From IMG/VR virus record IMGVR_UViG_3300017714_002439: 64,000 nucleotides of DNA. One strand, given 5' to 3'. Source of the stretch: a virus. How positions within the stretch are numbered: the stretch's first letter is position 1; every line of letters begins with the position of its first letter. Below, piece by piece: positions 47,453 through 56,320 of the stretch. A model generated the notes under the pieces. It was not told the origin of the DNA and searched no databases. It saw only the letters and a program-made list of their open reading frames with translations. Position numbers and translations under genes: made by a program.

Positions 47453-47950
47453 ATGGACATATATAAAAAAGACAAAGCAGTAAGCGTAGCACTTTCGATA
47501 GCCTTAATATTGCTAGTAGCCTGCCTGTCTTGTATGGTTTATTCATATGTTAAATTACAACAATCACATCCATTAGAAAACTTACGTGGCGCAATACTAC
47601 AACCAGTTTATGATGGAGATCCAGTTTTAGAGTTTCAAGGCACTTACGATAGATATGTAAAATGTAATATGACTGGATTTGATGTTCATTTATACAATAA
47701 AGAAACCGCTGATATCATTACATTAACACCAGTTCATTTAGCAAAACCAGTTCCAGTAATACCTGAACCAGCAGAAGGTATAAAAACAGAATTTGCATTA
47801 TTCATGCCAAAAACAATATACCCAGGAACATGGAAACCTTCATTTACAGGTTTTTATATATGTCAATTAGGTATATTTGTAGATCAAAAAGTTCAAAAAG
47901 TTGAACCAGAAGCTTTTATAATCAAAAGCAACACTACCACAAAACAATAG
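47453..47950 (+). CDS. Membrane-anchored hypothetical protein
   Basis: N-terminal TM; two Cys in a beta-rich domain. Confidence 0.65.
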   Translation: MDIYKKDKAVSVALSIALILLVACLSCMVYSYVKLQQSHPLENLRGAILQPVYDGDPVLEFQGTYDRYVKCNMTGFDVHLYNKETADIITLTPVHLAKPVPVIPEPAEGIKTEFALFMPKTIYPGTWKPSFTGFYICQLGIFVDQKVQKVEPEAFIIKSNTTTKQ

Positions 47951-47951
47951 G

Positions 47952-47980
47952 TTGACAAAACCAAGACTTCTTGTTATAAT
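47952..47980 (+). promoter_or_regulatory. sigma70 promoter with spacer palindrome (shifted 2 nt)
   Basis: TTGACA-N17-TATAAT; CAAGA-CT-TCTTG. Confidence 0.85.
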
Positions 47981-48011
47981 ACATACTAGTTTATTATAAT
48001 AAAGGAGAATT

Positions 48012-48200
48012 ATGTATCTAGGTAAAAGACAAAAAACAAGATTACATGAAAAATTATTTGCTGATTGGCAAATAAAAATCAAAAAACAATCACCTCATTT
48101 AACTAAACAATCGGTAAATTTATTAGCCGAATGGGCTGCAGAAGCTCAGATAACAAATTTGGAGAGCTATGACAAACTTACAGACTCAACTTCAACCTAA
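48012..48200 (+). CDS. Small hypothetical protein
   Basis: AAGGAG SD. Confidence 0.6.
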   Translation: MYLGKRQKTRLHEKLFADWQIKIKKQSPHLTKQSVNLLAEWAAEAQITNLESYDKLTDSTST

Positions 48201-48390
48201 AGACACATGTAGTATATGCGATAGTCCTTATGACGAGGATGCAGGTGGGATACAAGGATACTTTGGTATAATGCCAGTTACATTTTGTGAATGGTGTTAT
48301 AGTAGTATCTATGACATGCTTTATAAAGAAGTAGAAGAACATTACAAGGATAATCAAGAACCAGAACCTTGTGGAATGAGTAGAAAATAA
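48169..48390 (+). CDS. Small Zn-ribbon-like protein
   Basis: CSIC...FCEWC; GGAG SD. Confidence 0.55.
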   Translation: MTNLQTQLQPKDTCSICDSPYDEDAGGIQGYFGIMPVTFCEWCYSSIYDMLYKEVEEHYKDNQEPEPCGMSRK

Positions 48391-48398
48391 ATACTTAT

Positions 48399-48578
48399 AT
48401 GTTATACTTAATACTATTTTTCTGTGGAATACTTTTTACAATGGCTGTTGTATCAATTTGGATGCATGAAAAATCATATGATATACCAAAAATTCCTACT
48501 ACTTTATCAGAAGAAAAAGTAGATCAACTAAAATACAGAATATACAAGGCACAGCAAAGATTACAACAAAATAAATAG
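48399..48578 (+). CDS. 59-aa membrane protein (not in ORF track), leaderless
   Basis: TAAATA(48388-48393)-N5-ATG; N-terminal TM. Confidence 0.55.
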   Translation: MLYLILFFCGILFTMAVVSIWMHEKSYDIPKIPTTLSEEKVDQLKYRIYKAQQRLQQNK

Positions 48579-48582
48579 TTGT

Positions 48583-49548
48583 ATGTTATATAAACGCATA
48601 CACACAATCCAATTTGATTTAAATGTTATATGTAATGCATTCTGCCCAGGATGCCATAGATACGCAGTAGTAGATGATGAAATGTATCTCAATCCATATC
48701 TACCATTTAATACTAGTGTAGATTTAAGCATTGTAGAACGTGTAATGGAAAATACTAGGTTAATTGATAACGTAGTAATTGATATGGTTGGGTTAGTAGG
48801 TGAGCCAATTGCACACAATGAGTTTTTAGATATAGTTGATATCATATATGGGCATAAACCTAATGCACGTATACACATTCACACAAATGGTGGATTACGC
48901 TCAGTAGAATTTTTCAAAGAACTTGCACATAAGTTAAATCATCAATCGTGGATTATATTCTCAATTGATGGATTAGCGGATACAAATCACAAATATAGAA
49001 TTGGAGTTATATGGGAAAAGGTAATGGAAAATGCAAAAGCATACATAGATGCAGGAGGAAAAGCAATATGGAAGTCTTTAGATTTTCCGTGGAATAGTCA
49101 CCAAAAAGAAGATATGCAATCATTATCAATTGATATGGGATTTAAAGGTTTTAGGTGGGAGAAAAATAGAGATGCTAATACTAAATGGATGGAAAAGTGG
49201 GTAAAAGCTGCAGAAAAGTTTAATCAAAAAACAAAAGCAAAACTAGGATACAAACAAGTATTATATCAACAACACTTTAATAGTATAAAAAATAGATGCT
49301 TTGATGATGAAGCAATTTACATAAATTATCAAGGTAAAGTTTTGCCATGTTGTATGTTTAATGCATCATTAACAGATGAGTCATATATGGACGAAATGAA
49401 ACCCTATATTAATGAAAATAATGAGAATTGGAACAGTTTAGAGCACAATACACTAGAAAATGTGATGAATAATAAATGGTGGCACAAGCTGTATGGCCAT
49501 TTAGATACTAAACCATGCAGTGTTTGTATCCATGCCTGTGATACATAA
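48583..49548 (+). CDS. Radical SAM protein with C-terminal SPASM/Twitch
   Basis: CNAFCPGC, GEPIAH, HTNGG, C..IYIN..G...PCC..CSVC; TAAATA(48572-48577)-N5-ATG. Confidence 0.88.
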   Translation: MLYKRIHTIQFDLNVICNAFCPGCHRYAVVDDEMYLNPYLPFNTSVDLSIVERVMENTRLIDNVVIDMVGLVGEPIAHNEFLDIVDIIYGHKPNARIHIHTNGGLRSVEFFKELAHKLNHQSWIIFSIDGLADTNHKYRIGVIWEKVMENAKAYIDAGGKAIWKSLDFPWNSHQKEDMQSLSIDMGFKGFRWEKNRDANTKWMEKWVKAAEKFNQKTKAKLGYKQVLYQQHFNSIKNRCFDDEAIYINYQGKVLPCCMFNASLTDESYMDEMKPYINENNENWNSLEHNTLENVMNNKWWHKLYGHLDTKPCSVCIHACDT

Positions 49549-49567
49549 AATAAATGCATTTTTCTGG

Positions 49568-49596
49568 TTGACAACCAAGACATCTTAGTGTATATT
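49568..49596 (+). promoter_or_regulatory. sigma70 promoter with spacer palindrome
   Basis: TTGACA-N17-TATATT; AAGA-CA-TCTT. Confidence 0.85.
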
Positions 49597-49628
49597 GTAT
49601 ATATAAGCTAATAAAACAGGAGTTGAAA

Positions 49629-49979
49629 ATGCAAAACGAAATAAACACACTATTACAAGCAATCAAAACTGACTACATTAGGTGGACTACTAAAGGTGGT
49701 AAAGAAGAACTTACAGGTTACTTCAAAGAAACAGTTGATAAGTTTGATGATAGTTTTACAGTTAAAGTTGGTAAAAAATATACAAAGATTATCAGAGATG
49801 GTGGTGTTTGGGGTTTTATTGCTAATGATGATTTTGTAACATCAAATGGTAAATCATTTACAAAAGGTGATATACTTAAAGCCGCTGGATGGCAGGCACC
49901 TGCACTAAACAGTGCAAGAGGTAATATATTTGATGATAATTATTCAGTTGCGTGGACTGGTCCACATTATTTAAAATAG
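49629..49979 (+). CDS. Hypothetical protein
   Basis: CAGGAG SD; KYTKI...GDILKAAGWQAPA...RGNI pattern common in phages. Confidence 0.7.
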   Translation: MQNEINTLLQAIKTDYIRWTTKGGKEELTGYFKETVDKFDDSFTVKVGKKYTKIIRDGGVWGFIANDDFVTSNGKSFTKGDILKAAGWQAPALNSARGNIFDDNYSVAWTGPHYLK

Positions 49980-49990
49980 AAAGGAAATAT

Positions 49991-50185
49991 ATGTCAAAAA
50001 CAATGCAATGGGCGTGGGATAAAGCAGAAGAAAAATTAGAAGATACTGTTGATAAATTGAGATGTGGTTTTATTACTCAAAGTCAAGCAGTAAAAGAAAT
50101 CCAAGATGCCAATGAGGCATGGGAATTAATGGGATTTGATACAATTGATGATGTCATTGATTATATGGTAGACGAAGCAAAATAA
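49991..50185 (+). CDS. Small hypothetical protein
   Basis: AAGGA SD. Confidence 0.6.
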   Translation: MSKTMQWAWDKAEEKLEDTVDKLRCGFITQSQAVKEIQDANEAWELMGFDTIDDVIDYMVDEAK

Positions 50186-50196
50186 GGAGAATACTA

Positions 50197-50457
50197 TTGG
50201 CTAAATTTACACAACGATATCTTAAACCAACGTTGTTTAAACCAAAAGGTTCTGTGTTTGAAGGCTTGATATGGAAACAGCCTAATTCAAAAGGCACAGA
50301 CACATATGATGTTACTTGCACAGACAAAGGGTTTACTTGTGAGTGTCCAGGCTTTACATTCCGTGGCAAGTGTAAGCATAGTTTAGAAGTGCTAACAAGA
50401 GTAGAAATCGCACTAGACGACAAGCATCCACAATATAGAATGGAGTTAGCACAATGA
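50197..50457 (+). CDS. SWIM zinc-finger protein (TTG start)
   Basis: FTCECPGFTFRGKCKH; AAGGAG SD 7 nt before TTG. Confidence 0.8.
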   Translation: MAKFTQRYLKPTLFKPKGSVFEGLIWKQPNSKGTDTYDVTCTDKGFTCECPGFTFRGKCKHSLEVLTRVEIALDDKHPQYRMELAQ

Positions 50458-51182
50458 AGACTGCATATCTATTTGATGTAGATGGAACATTAACACCAAG
50501 CCGGCAAAGAATGGACGAAAAGTTTAACAGATTTTTCTATGACTTTTGTCTTAATAATAATGTGTATATTGTTACAGGAAGTGATCAAAGCAAAACAGTA
50601 GAACAAATAGGTAATATTATCTATAGCGGTTCTAAACGAGTATACAATTGCAGTGGCAATGATGTATATGAAAACTTTGAAAATATATACACTAACAAAT
50701 GGACATTACCAGACGAGCCTTGGAAGTATTTAGAAAATAGATTAAATCACAGCGATTTTGGACAACGAGCAGGACTACATTTTGAAGAACGTCCTGGTAT
50801 GTTAAATTTTAGTATTGTTGGCAGAAAGGCTAATGCTCAGCAACGCAAAGACTATATTTTATATGATACATATCACAAAGAACGTGAAGATATTTCAAAC
50901 GAGTTTAATAAGCACTTTGGAGATAAACACAATATCATGTCAACTGTAGCTGGAGAAACTGGCTTAGATATAACACAAAAAAATTGTGGCAAAGCACAAA
51001 TACTTAAAGATTTTACAGAATACGAAGAAATAATTTTCTTTGGTGATAAAACTATGAAAGGCGGCAATGATCATGACATTGCAGAAGCATTAATAGGTAT
51101 GGGACATACTGTATTTGCCGTAAAAGAATGGCAAGATACGTATCGTATTTTAACACAAATGTATGAACCCCATTCGATCTGA
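50454..51182 (+). CDS. HAD-IIB hydrolase, phosphomannomutase-like
   Basis: LFDVDGTLTP, VTGSD, NFSIVGR, FFGDK...GGND. Confidence 0.8.
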   Translation: MKTAYLFDVDGTLTPSRQRMDEKFNRFFYDFCLNNNVYIVTGSDQSKTVEQIGNIIYSGSKRVYNCSGNDVYENFENIYTNKWTLPDEPWKYLENRLNHSDFGQRAGLHFEERPGMLNFSIVGRKANAQQRKDYILYDTYHKEREDISNEFNKHFGDKHNIMSTVAGETGLDITQKNCGKAQILKDFTEYEEIIFFGDKTMKGGNDHDIAEALIGMGHTVFAVKEWQDTYRILTQMYEPHSI

Positions 51183-51351
51183 TAAAAAATGGACATGGCT
51201 TCCTAAACGTATGAGCAGTGGAAAAATAGTTTTCTGCTCATATTATTACTATGAAGAATTCCTAAGAACAGCAGACCCAAGACACAATTGGGTTCACAGA
51301 TATGAGTATTCCAAACGAGAATATTTCTTAAAAAAACTTTCAGAAAAATAA
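51163..51351 (+). CDS. Small hypothetical protein
   Basis: W.WLPKRMSSGK..F...YY pattern; overlaps upstream gene. Confidence 0.45.
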   Translation: MNPIRSDKKWTWLPKRMSSGKIVFCSYYYYEEFLRTADPRHNWVHRYEYSKREYFLKKLSEK

Positions 51352-51354
51352 CAA

Positions 51355-51378
51355 GCCCTTGTTTTACAAGGGTTTTTT
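51355..51378 (+). terminator. Intrinsic terminator
   Basis: GCCCTTGT/ACAAGGGT stem plus T tract. Confidence 0.75.
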
Positions 51379-51392
51379 ATTGGCGATTCCGG

Positions 51393-51421
51393 TTGACAAC
51401 CAAGACATCTTAGTGTATATT
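51393..51421 (+). promoter_or_regulatory. sigma70 promoter with spacer palindrome
   Basis: TTGACA-N17-TATATT; spacer identical to that at 49574. Confidence 0.85.
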
Positions 51422-51452
51422 AGTAGTATAAGTTAAACAAAAGGAGCAATAA

Positions 51453-51743
51453 ATGATTTACTCAATGTTAGAAGCAGAAGTTCGTGAAGCAGTAAGCAAA
51501 GATGAAAATATTAATGCAGACGGTAGCATTAATTGGAACTATGTAGATAGTGATTGCTATATGAGTGGTGCTCCTAAGTGGTTTAAAGATGATACTGTAT
51601 ATTATGAAGCATGGAATGATATTGCAGATATGGTCGAAAAGGAACAACCAGTTGATACGTCAGAGCAGTTAGAATTGCTCGAAAAGTATCCAAATGCAGA
51701 AGAGCAAATTGAAGTTTTGAAAAAAGATTTTCTAGGACAATAA
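51453..51743 (+). CDS. Acidic hypothetical protein
   Basis: AAGGAG SD. Confidence 0.65.
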   Translation: MIYSMLEAEVREAVSKDENINADGSINWNYVDSDCYMSGAPKWFKDDTVYYEAWNDIADMVEKEQPVDTSEQLELLEKYPNAEEQIEVLKKDFLGQ

Positions 51744-51745
51744 TT

Positions 51746-52255
51746 ATGATGATAACAAGTGCAAAGATGTTTGCAACGGCGGCTCATGCCGCAGTAGGGC
51801 AAAAACGTAAATACTCAGGTGATGATTACATTGTTCATCCAGAGCGAGTTGCGGCTATTGTAGAAAAGCACGGCGGAACAGATGAAATGATTGCCGCGGC
51901 TTGGTTACATGACACTGTAGAAGATACAGATGTTACACCTATTCTTATTACTAAAATGTTTGGTGTTGATGTTGCAGATATCGTTGAAGGTCTTACTGAT
52001 ATTAGTTTACCTAGTGATGGTAATAGAGCAAAGCGTAAGTCAATTGATCGTATGCACAGTGCAAGGGCTTCAACTGAATCACAGTTTGTAAAATGTGCAG
52101 ACATTATTGATAACAGTTGGGATATCGCTGATAACGATCCTAGTTTTGCAAAAGTATACAAATCAGAAGTATTTCTTTTGTTACACGCAATGACAAAAGT
52201 AAAGCATACAGAAATTTGGGAACAAGCAATGAAAAGCGTAGAGTTAATGCCTTAA
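51746..52255 (+). CDS. RelA/SpoT-type HD hydrolase (small alarmone hydrolase/Mesh1-like)
   Basis: AH..GQKRK.SG..YIVHP..VA, AAWLHDTVED, VKCAD..DN. Confidence 0.8.
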   Translation: MMITSAKMFATAAHAAVGQKRKYSGDDYIVHPERVAAIVEKHGGTDEMIAAAWLHDTVEDTDVTPILITKMFGVDVADIVEGLTDISLPSDGNRAKRKSIDRMHSARASTESQFVKCADIIDNSWDIADNDPSFAKVYKSEVFLLLHAMTKVKHTEIWEQAMKSVELMP

Positions 52256-52277
52256 TTGGCATTAACTAAATACTGTT

Positions 52278-53282
52278 ATGCTTTATAAAGAAATTGATAC
52301 TGTTGAATTTGATCTCAATACAGTATGTAACAGTTATTGTCCCCCTTGCCATAGATATACAATTCAAGACGGTGAGCTATTTCATAACCCATATGTAAAA
52401 CTAGGCGTTAATTTAGAATTAGATGTAATTGAGAAAGTATTCTGTAATGAACGTTTAGCAGATGATTGTTTTGTTGATCTAGTAGGACTTGTAGGTGAAC
52501 CAATTGCACATCCAAAGTTTATGGAAATAGTAGATATTATTTACAAACATAGACCAAACGCAGCAATTAACTTACATACAAATGGTGGATTACGAACTGA
52601 AAAAATGTTCTATGACTTAGGTAAAAAGTTTAACAAACACAGTTGGATTAAATTTTCATTAGATGGACTAGAAGATACAAACGGTATATATCGTATTGGA
52701 GTAGATTACCATAAAGTAATAAGAAATATGCGAGCATTTATAGATGGTGGTGGACGAGCAATATGGAAGTTTGTTACATTTGAATGGAATAAACATCAAG
52801 TAGAAGAAGCAAAAGCGTTATCAGAAGAATATGGCTGTTCTAAATTCCAACAAGATTGGGATGTCAATGATATGAGTATAAAGCAATATATGAAAGCAGC
52901 TAACACAAAAATTAATTATAAGGTTCAGGCTACCAAAGGTGATAATAGATTTCCTAATTTACCTGATAGAACATCTTATAAGATTGTAGATAGATGTTTT
53001 ACATATAAAAAGATATATGTAAATGCACATGGTTATGTTATTCCATGTTGTATGTTTAATGGTGCAATGACATATGATTCTATGCGTAATCAAACACTAA
53101 ATTTTATTAAAGAAGATAGAGCTGAATATTGGAATAGTTTATATCATAACGATTTAGAAACTATAATGAGTGATACATGGTGGCAAAAATTAAACGATAG
53201 TTTTAATGGTAATGCATGTGATATATGTATTGAACAATGTGGCAAGAATAACATTCCAAAAAACGAACGCTATTTTGATTGA
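52278..53282 (+). CDS. Radical SAM protein, paralog of 48583..49548
   Basis: CNSYCPPC, GEPIAH, HTNGG; TAAATA(52267-52272)-N5-ATG. Confidence 0.88.
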   Translation: MLYKEIDTVEFDLNTVCNSYCPPCHRYTIQDGELFHNPYVKLGVNLELDVIEKVFCNERLADDCFVDLVGLVGEPIAHPKFMEIVDIIYKHRPNAAINLHTNGGLRTEKMFYDLGKKFNKHSWIKFSLDGLEDTNGIYRIGVDYHKVIRNMRAFIDGGGRAIWKFVTFEWNKHQVEEAKALSEEYGCSKFQQDWDVNDMSIKQYMKAANTKINYKVQATKGDNRFPNLPDRTSYKIVDRCFTYKKIYVNAHGYVIPCCMFNGAMTYDSMRNQTLNFIKEDRAEYWNSLYHNDLETIMSDTWWQKLNDSFNGNACDICIEQCGKNNIPKNERYFD

Positions 53283-53307
53283 CTTTAGGCGTTAAATAGT
53301 GTATTAT
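53279..53307 (+). promoter_or_regulatory. sigma70-type promoter
   Basis: TTGACT-N17-TATTAT with TG extension. Confidence 0.6.
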
Positions 53308-53335
53308 ATAACTAATAAACAATAAGGAAATAACT

Positions 53336-53578
53336 ATGATATTAGAACTAATTAAAGATCCAATAGTATGGGGTATGACAATATTTGTTTTATTGTGTGC
53401 ATGGCATAATTTTAAAGCAGGACACAAGCAAGGTCTGTTAGAAGGTGTCGATGTAACTTTAGCAATGCTTAGTCAACAAAATCTTATTGAACTAGAGCAT
53501 GGCAAAGATGGAGAAATAATTATAAATGCAAAAGATGGAACCAGTAAAATGTTGCTAGAAAATCCAGACAATGTATAG
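53336..53578 (+). CDS. Small membrane protein
   Basis: N-terminal TM; AAGGA SD. Confidence 0.6.
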   Translation: MILELIKDPIVWGMTIFVLLCAWHNFKAGHKQGLLEGVDVTLAMLSQQNLIELEHGKDGEIIINAKDGTSKMLLENPDNV

Positions 53579-54410
53579 TAAGCAAGAATTATTAGATAAG
53601 CAAGATAAGGCCGAACTTGCATTAGAAAAATCACAGGCACTAGAAACAAAGTTTGCTGACAGATTTGATATGGCAAAGTCTTTGTTTGCAGTATTAGATA
53701 AACAAAAGTTTATTGAATGCAACGATATTGATCCAACTGATCCATATAAAATTGAACCATGGAAAGACGAAGATGTTCCAGAAAAAAGTTTTGCATTTAA
53801 GCATGCAGGACCTGTATTTGGATTTGACATTGATACTATGGTTGGACCAGAAAGCTGGTATAACGAACAAAGTGGAGTAGATGATTATGTGTTGCGTAGA
53901 AAATGTTACATATATGATTGGACAGCAGAAAAACTGAAAGAAGATTTTCCAGAACTAACATACTTCACAGACCTACATAAAGAATTTGTTCCTGTATTGC
54001 AACATTATTATAATGAATGTTTTGAAGATCAACATGCAGATGTTTCTAAAAGATTACATAAACTCATGGTTATTGAATATTCACATCCTACTGCAAATGC
54101 GGGTAATATTATAGATCATAAAAAACATAATACAGAACGTTTTGGTGATATACATTGTGACGAAACATTAGGTGGATTACATTTAGGAGAAAATGTAGTA
54201 GAGTTTTATATTGAAAATCATTTAACAAATGAACGTAAAAGTGTAGATGGATTATCCAATAATAACACACTTTGGTTTTTTGGTGAATTTAGTGAACGTA
54301 GCGGGTGGCAACCAAGTATGCACGGTATGGCTCATAATAAAAACGATAATACTTGGAAAAGATACAGTATAATTTTTGATCTACAAGCTCGATACAAAGG
54401 AGAAGAGTAA
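53571..54410 (+). CDS. 2OG-Fe(II) oxygenase-like protein (IPNS-like motif spacing)
   Basis: IHCD (HxD), MHG, KRYSIIF (RxS). Confidence 0.55.
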   Translation: MYSKQELLDKQDKAELALEKSQALETKFADRFDMAKSLFAVLDKQKFIECNDIDPTDPYKIEPWKDEDVPEKSFAFKHAGPVFGFDIDTMVGPESWYNEQSGVDDYVLRRKCYIYDWTAEKLKEDFPELTYFTDLHKEFVPVLQHYYNECFEDQHADVSKRLHKLMVIEYSHPTANAGNIIDHKKHNTERFGDIHCDETLGGLHLGENVVEFYIENHLTNERKSVDGLSNNNTLWFFGEFSERSGWQPSMHGMAHNKNDNTWKRYSIIFDLQARYKGEE

Positions 54411-54559
54411 TGTTTGAAGTAATCTATATCCCACGAATTCATGATGAAGTTGCGGTAGCACGATTCTCATCGGAAGAAGAAGCTGAAGCCTATATGGAAA
54501 AAATTAAAGTGGAACGCCCAAAAGCATACCCACATCATTATATAAAAGAAGGAGAGTAG
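54410..54559 (+). CDS. 49-aa hypothetical protein (not in ORF track)
   Basis: TAATG overlap, AAGGAG SD upstream; its 3' end carries the clpP SD. Confidence 0.55.
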   Translation: MFEVIYIPRIHDEVAVARFSSEEEAEAYMEKIKVERPKAYPHHYIKEGE

Positions 54560-54560
54560 T

Positions 54561-55151
54561 ATGGCATTGGTACCAATGGTGGTCGAACAGACCGGACGAG
54601 GAGAACGCAGTTACGATATTTACAGTAGACTATTAAAAGATCGTATTGTGATGTTAACTGGAGAAGTAAACGACATGACAGCAAATTTAGTTGTTGCACA
54701 AATGTTGTTTTTAGAATCACAAAATAGCAGTGAAGATATTAACTTTTACATTAATAGCCCAGGTGGCGGAGTTACAGCCGGACTTGGAATTTATGATACA
54801 ATGCAGTTTATTAAATCTCCTGTAAGCACAATTGTAATGGGTCAAGCATGTAGCATGGGCAGTTTCCTTGCTATGGCAGGTGAGCCTGGTAAACGTTTTG
54901 TATTGCCAAATAGTAGAACAATGATTCACCAACCAAGTGGTGGTGCAGGTGGACAAGCAACTGACATGGAAATACAAGTTCAAGAAATTCTTAAAATTAA
55001 AAAGAATCTTACAGACATTTATGTTAAACATAACAGTGCTGGAAAAACATTTGATGAACTAGCACAAGCAATGGAACGTGATAACTTTATGAGCGCCAAT
55101 GAAGCAGTAGAATTTGGTTTAGCTGATAAAGTAGTTATTAGAAAAACATAA
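54561..55151 (+). CDS. clpP: ATP-dependent Clp protease proteolytic subunit
   Basis: [24 protein letters not shown] (Ser), MIHQP (His), MERD (Asp). Confidence 0.97.
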   Translation: MALVPMVVEQTGRGERSYDIYSRLLKDRIVMLTGEVNDMTANLVVAQMLFLESQNSSEDINFYINSPGGGVTAGLGIYDTMQFIKSPVSTIVMGQACSMGSFLAMAGEPGKRFVLPNSRTMIHQPSGGAGGQATDMEIQVQEILKIKKNLTDIYVKHNSAGKTFDELAQAMERDNFMSANEAVEFGLADKVVIRKT

Positions 55152-55174
55152 AATATATCATATTAGCAATTAAG

Positions 55175-55182
55175 TATAAATA
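55175..55182 (+). promoter_or_regulatory. T4-type late promoter, leaderless spacing
   Basis: TATAAATA-N5-ATG(55188). Confidence 0.65.
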
Positions 55183-55187
55183 CTAAT

Positions 55188-55883
55188 ATGAAAATACATG
55201 ATATCTTAGAACAGATGATGGACGAAGGTCCAAATGATCCAGCTATATTTAAAGCAGTATTTCTTGCTGGTGGTCCTGGATCTGGTAAAAGTTATGTGGC
55301 AAGTAAAATTCTTTCAGGTTTAGGTCTCAAGCCAGTAAACAGTGATGACATCTACGAATACCTAGCTGACAAACAAGGTATTGATTTAGGAGATCCAGAT
55401 GCAGTTGCTAGTGATAGAGGACAAGAACTCAGAAACAAAGCCAAAGAATTAACTAATAAAAGACAAAATGTATACATAGACGGTCGTATTGGATTAATTA
55501 TTGATGGCACAGGTAAAGATGTGCAAAAGGTAAAAGAACAAAGTTTAATACTAAAAAATCTAGGATATGAATGTATAATGTTATTTGTAAACACAAATCT
55601 AGATGTTGCACAAAAACGTAATTTAGAAAGACCACGCAAACTGAAACCAGAAATGGTTGATAATATGTGGCGTAAAGTTCAAGAAAATATTATGAAGTTC
55701 CAACAGGTATTTGGCGCCAGTAACTTTCACGTTGTTGATAATAGCGGAGGGTTAGAGGACCCTGAACGTAAAGAAAACTTTGACAATGTATACAAGAAAG
55801 TTAGAGCGTTTATTTCATCTCCACCAGCTAGTCATACCGCTAAAAAGTGGTTAGATGACGCTAAAAGTAAAAATACCACTTAA
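55188..55883 (+). CDS. P-loop kinase (AAA_33/zeta-toxin/PNK-like)
   Basis: FLAGGPGSGKS, VNSDD, IIDGTG, RN..R.R. Confidence 0.8.
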   Translation: MKIHDILEQMMDEGPNDPAIFKAVFLAGGPGSGKSYVASKILSGLGLKPVNSDDIYEYLADKQGIDLGDPDAVASDRGQELRNKAKELTNKRQNVYIDGRIGLIIDGTGKDVQKVKEQSLILKNLGYECIMLFVNTNLDVAQKRNLERPRKLKPEMVDNMWRKVQENIMKFQQVFGASNFHVVDNSGGLEDPERKENFDNVYKKVRAFISSPPASHTAKKWLDDAKSKNTT

Positions 55884-55959
55884 ATCACCACAAAATATAG
55901 GTAAATATATAATAACGGCACAACTTTGTGTCATAAAGATTGGTTAATAAAGATAACAG

Positions 55960-56304
55960 ATGTATACATATAAAGCAAAACTTATTCGTATAGTTGACGG
56001 CGATACTATCGATGCAGAAATAGATTTAGGATTTGATACAATAGTTCGTAAGAGAATTAGACTGTATGGAATTAATACTCCTGAAATCAGAACAAAGGAT
56101 GCCGTTGAAAAAGAAAAAGGATTTGCTGCAAAGCAACGCCTTACTGAACTTCTTAATGGCGAGTTTGTAGTAGAAACTATTTTGAATAAACGTGGCAAAT
56201 ACGGTAGAGTTTTAGGTGTATTATATACTAAAGATAATGATACAAAAGTAAACATAAATGAAACTTTAGTAGCAGAAGGCCACGCTGTTAAGTATCTTGG
56301 TTAA
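55960..56304 (+). CDS. Thermonuclease (SNase-like)
   Basis: IVDGDTID, RIRLYGINTPE, KYGRVLG. Confidence 0.9.
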   Translation: MYTYKAKLIRIVDGDTIDAEIDLGFDTIVRKRIRLYGINTPEIRTKDAVEKEKGFAAKQRLTELLNGEFVVETILNKRGKYGRVLGVLYTKDNDTKVNINETLVAEGHAVKYLG

Positions 56305-56320
56305 TAGTTAGGATTTTATT

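Noticed and set aside
55188-55883. Zeta-toxin toxin-antitoxin module
   Set aside because: No adjacent antitoxin-like gene; late promoter and propeptide-like N-terminus fit a virion-associated kinase better.
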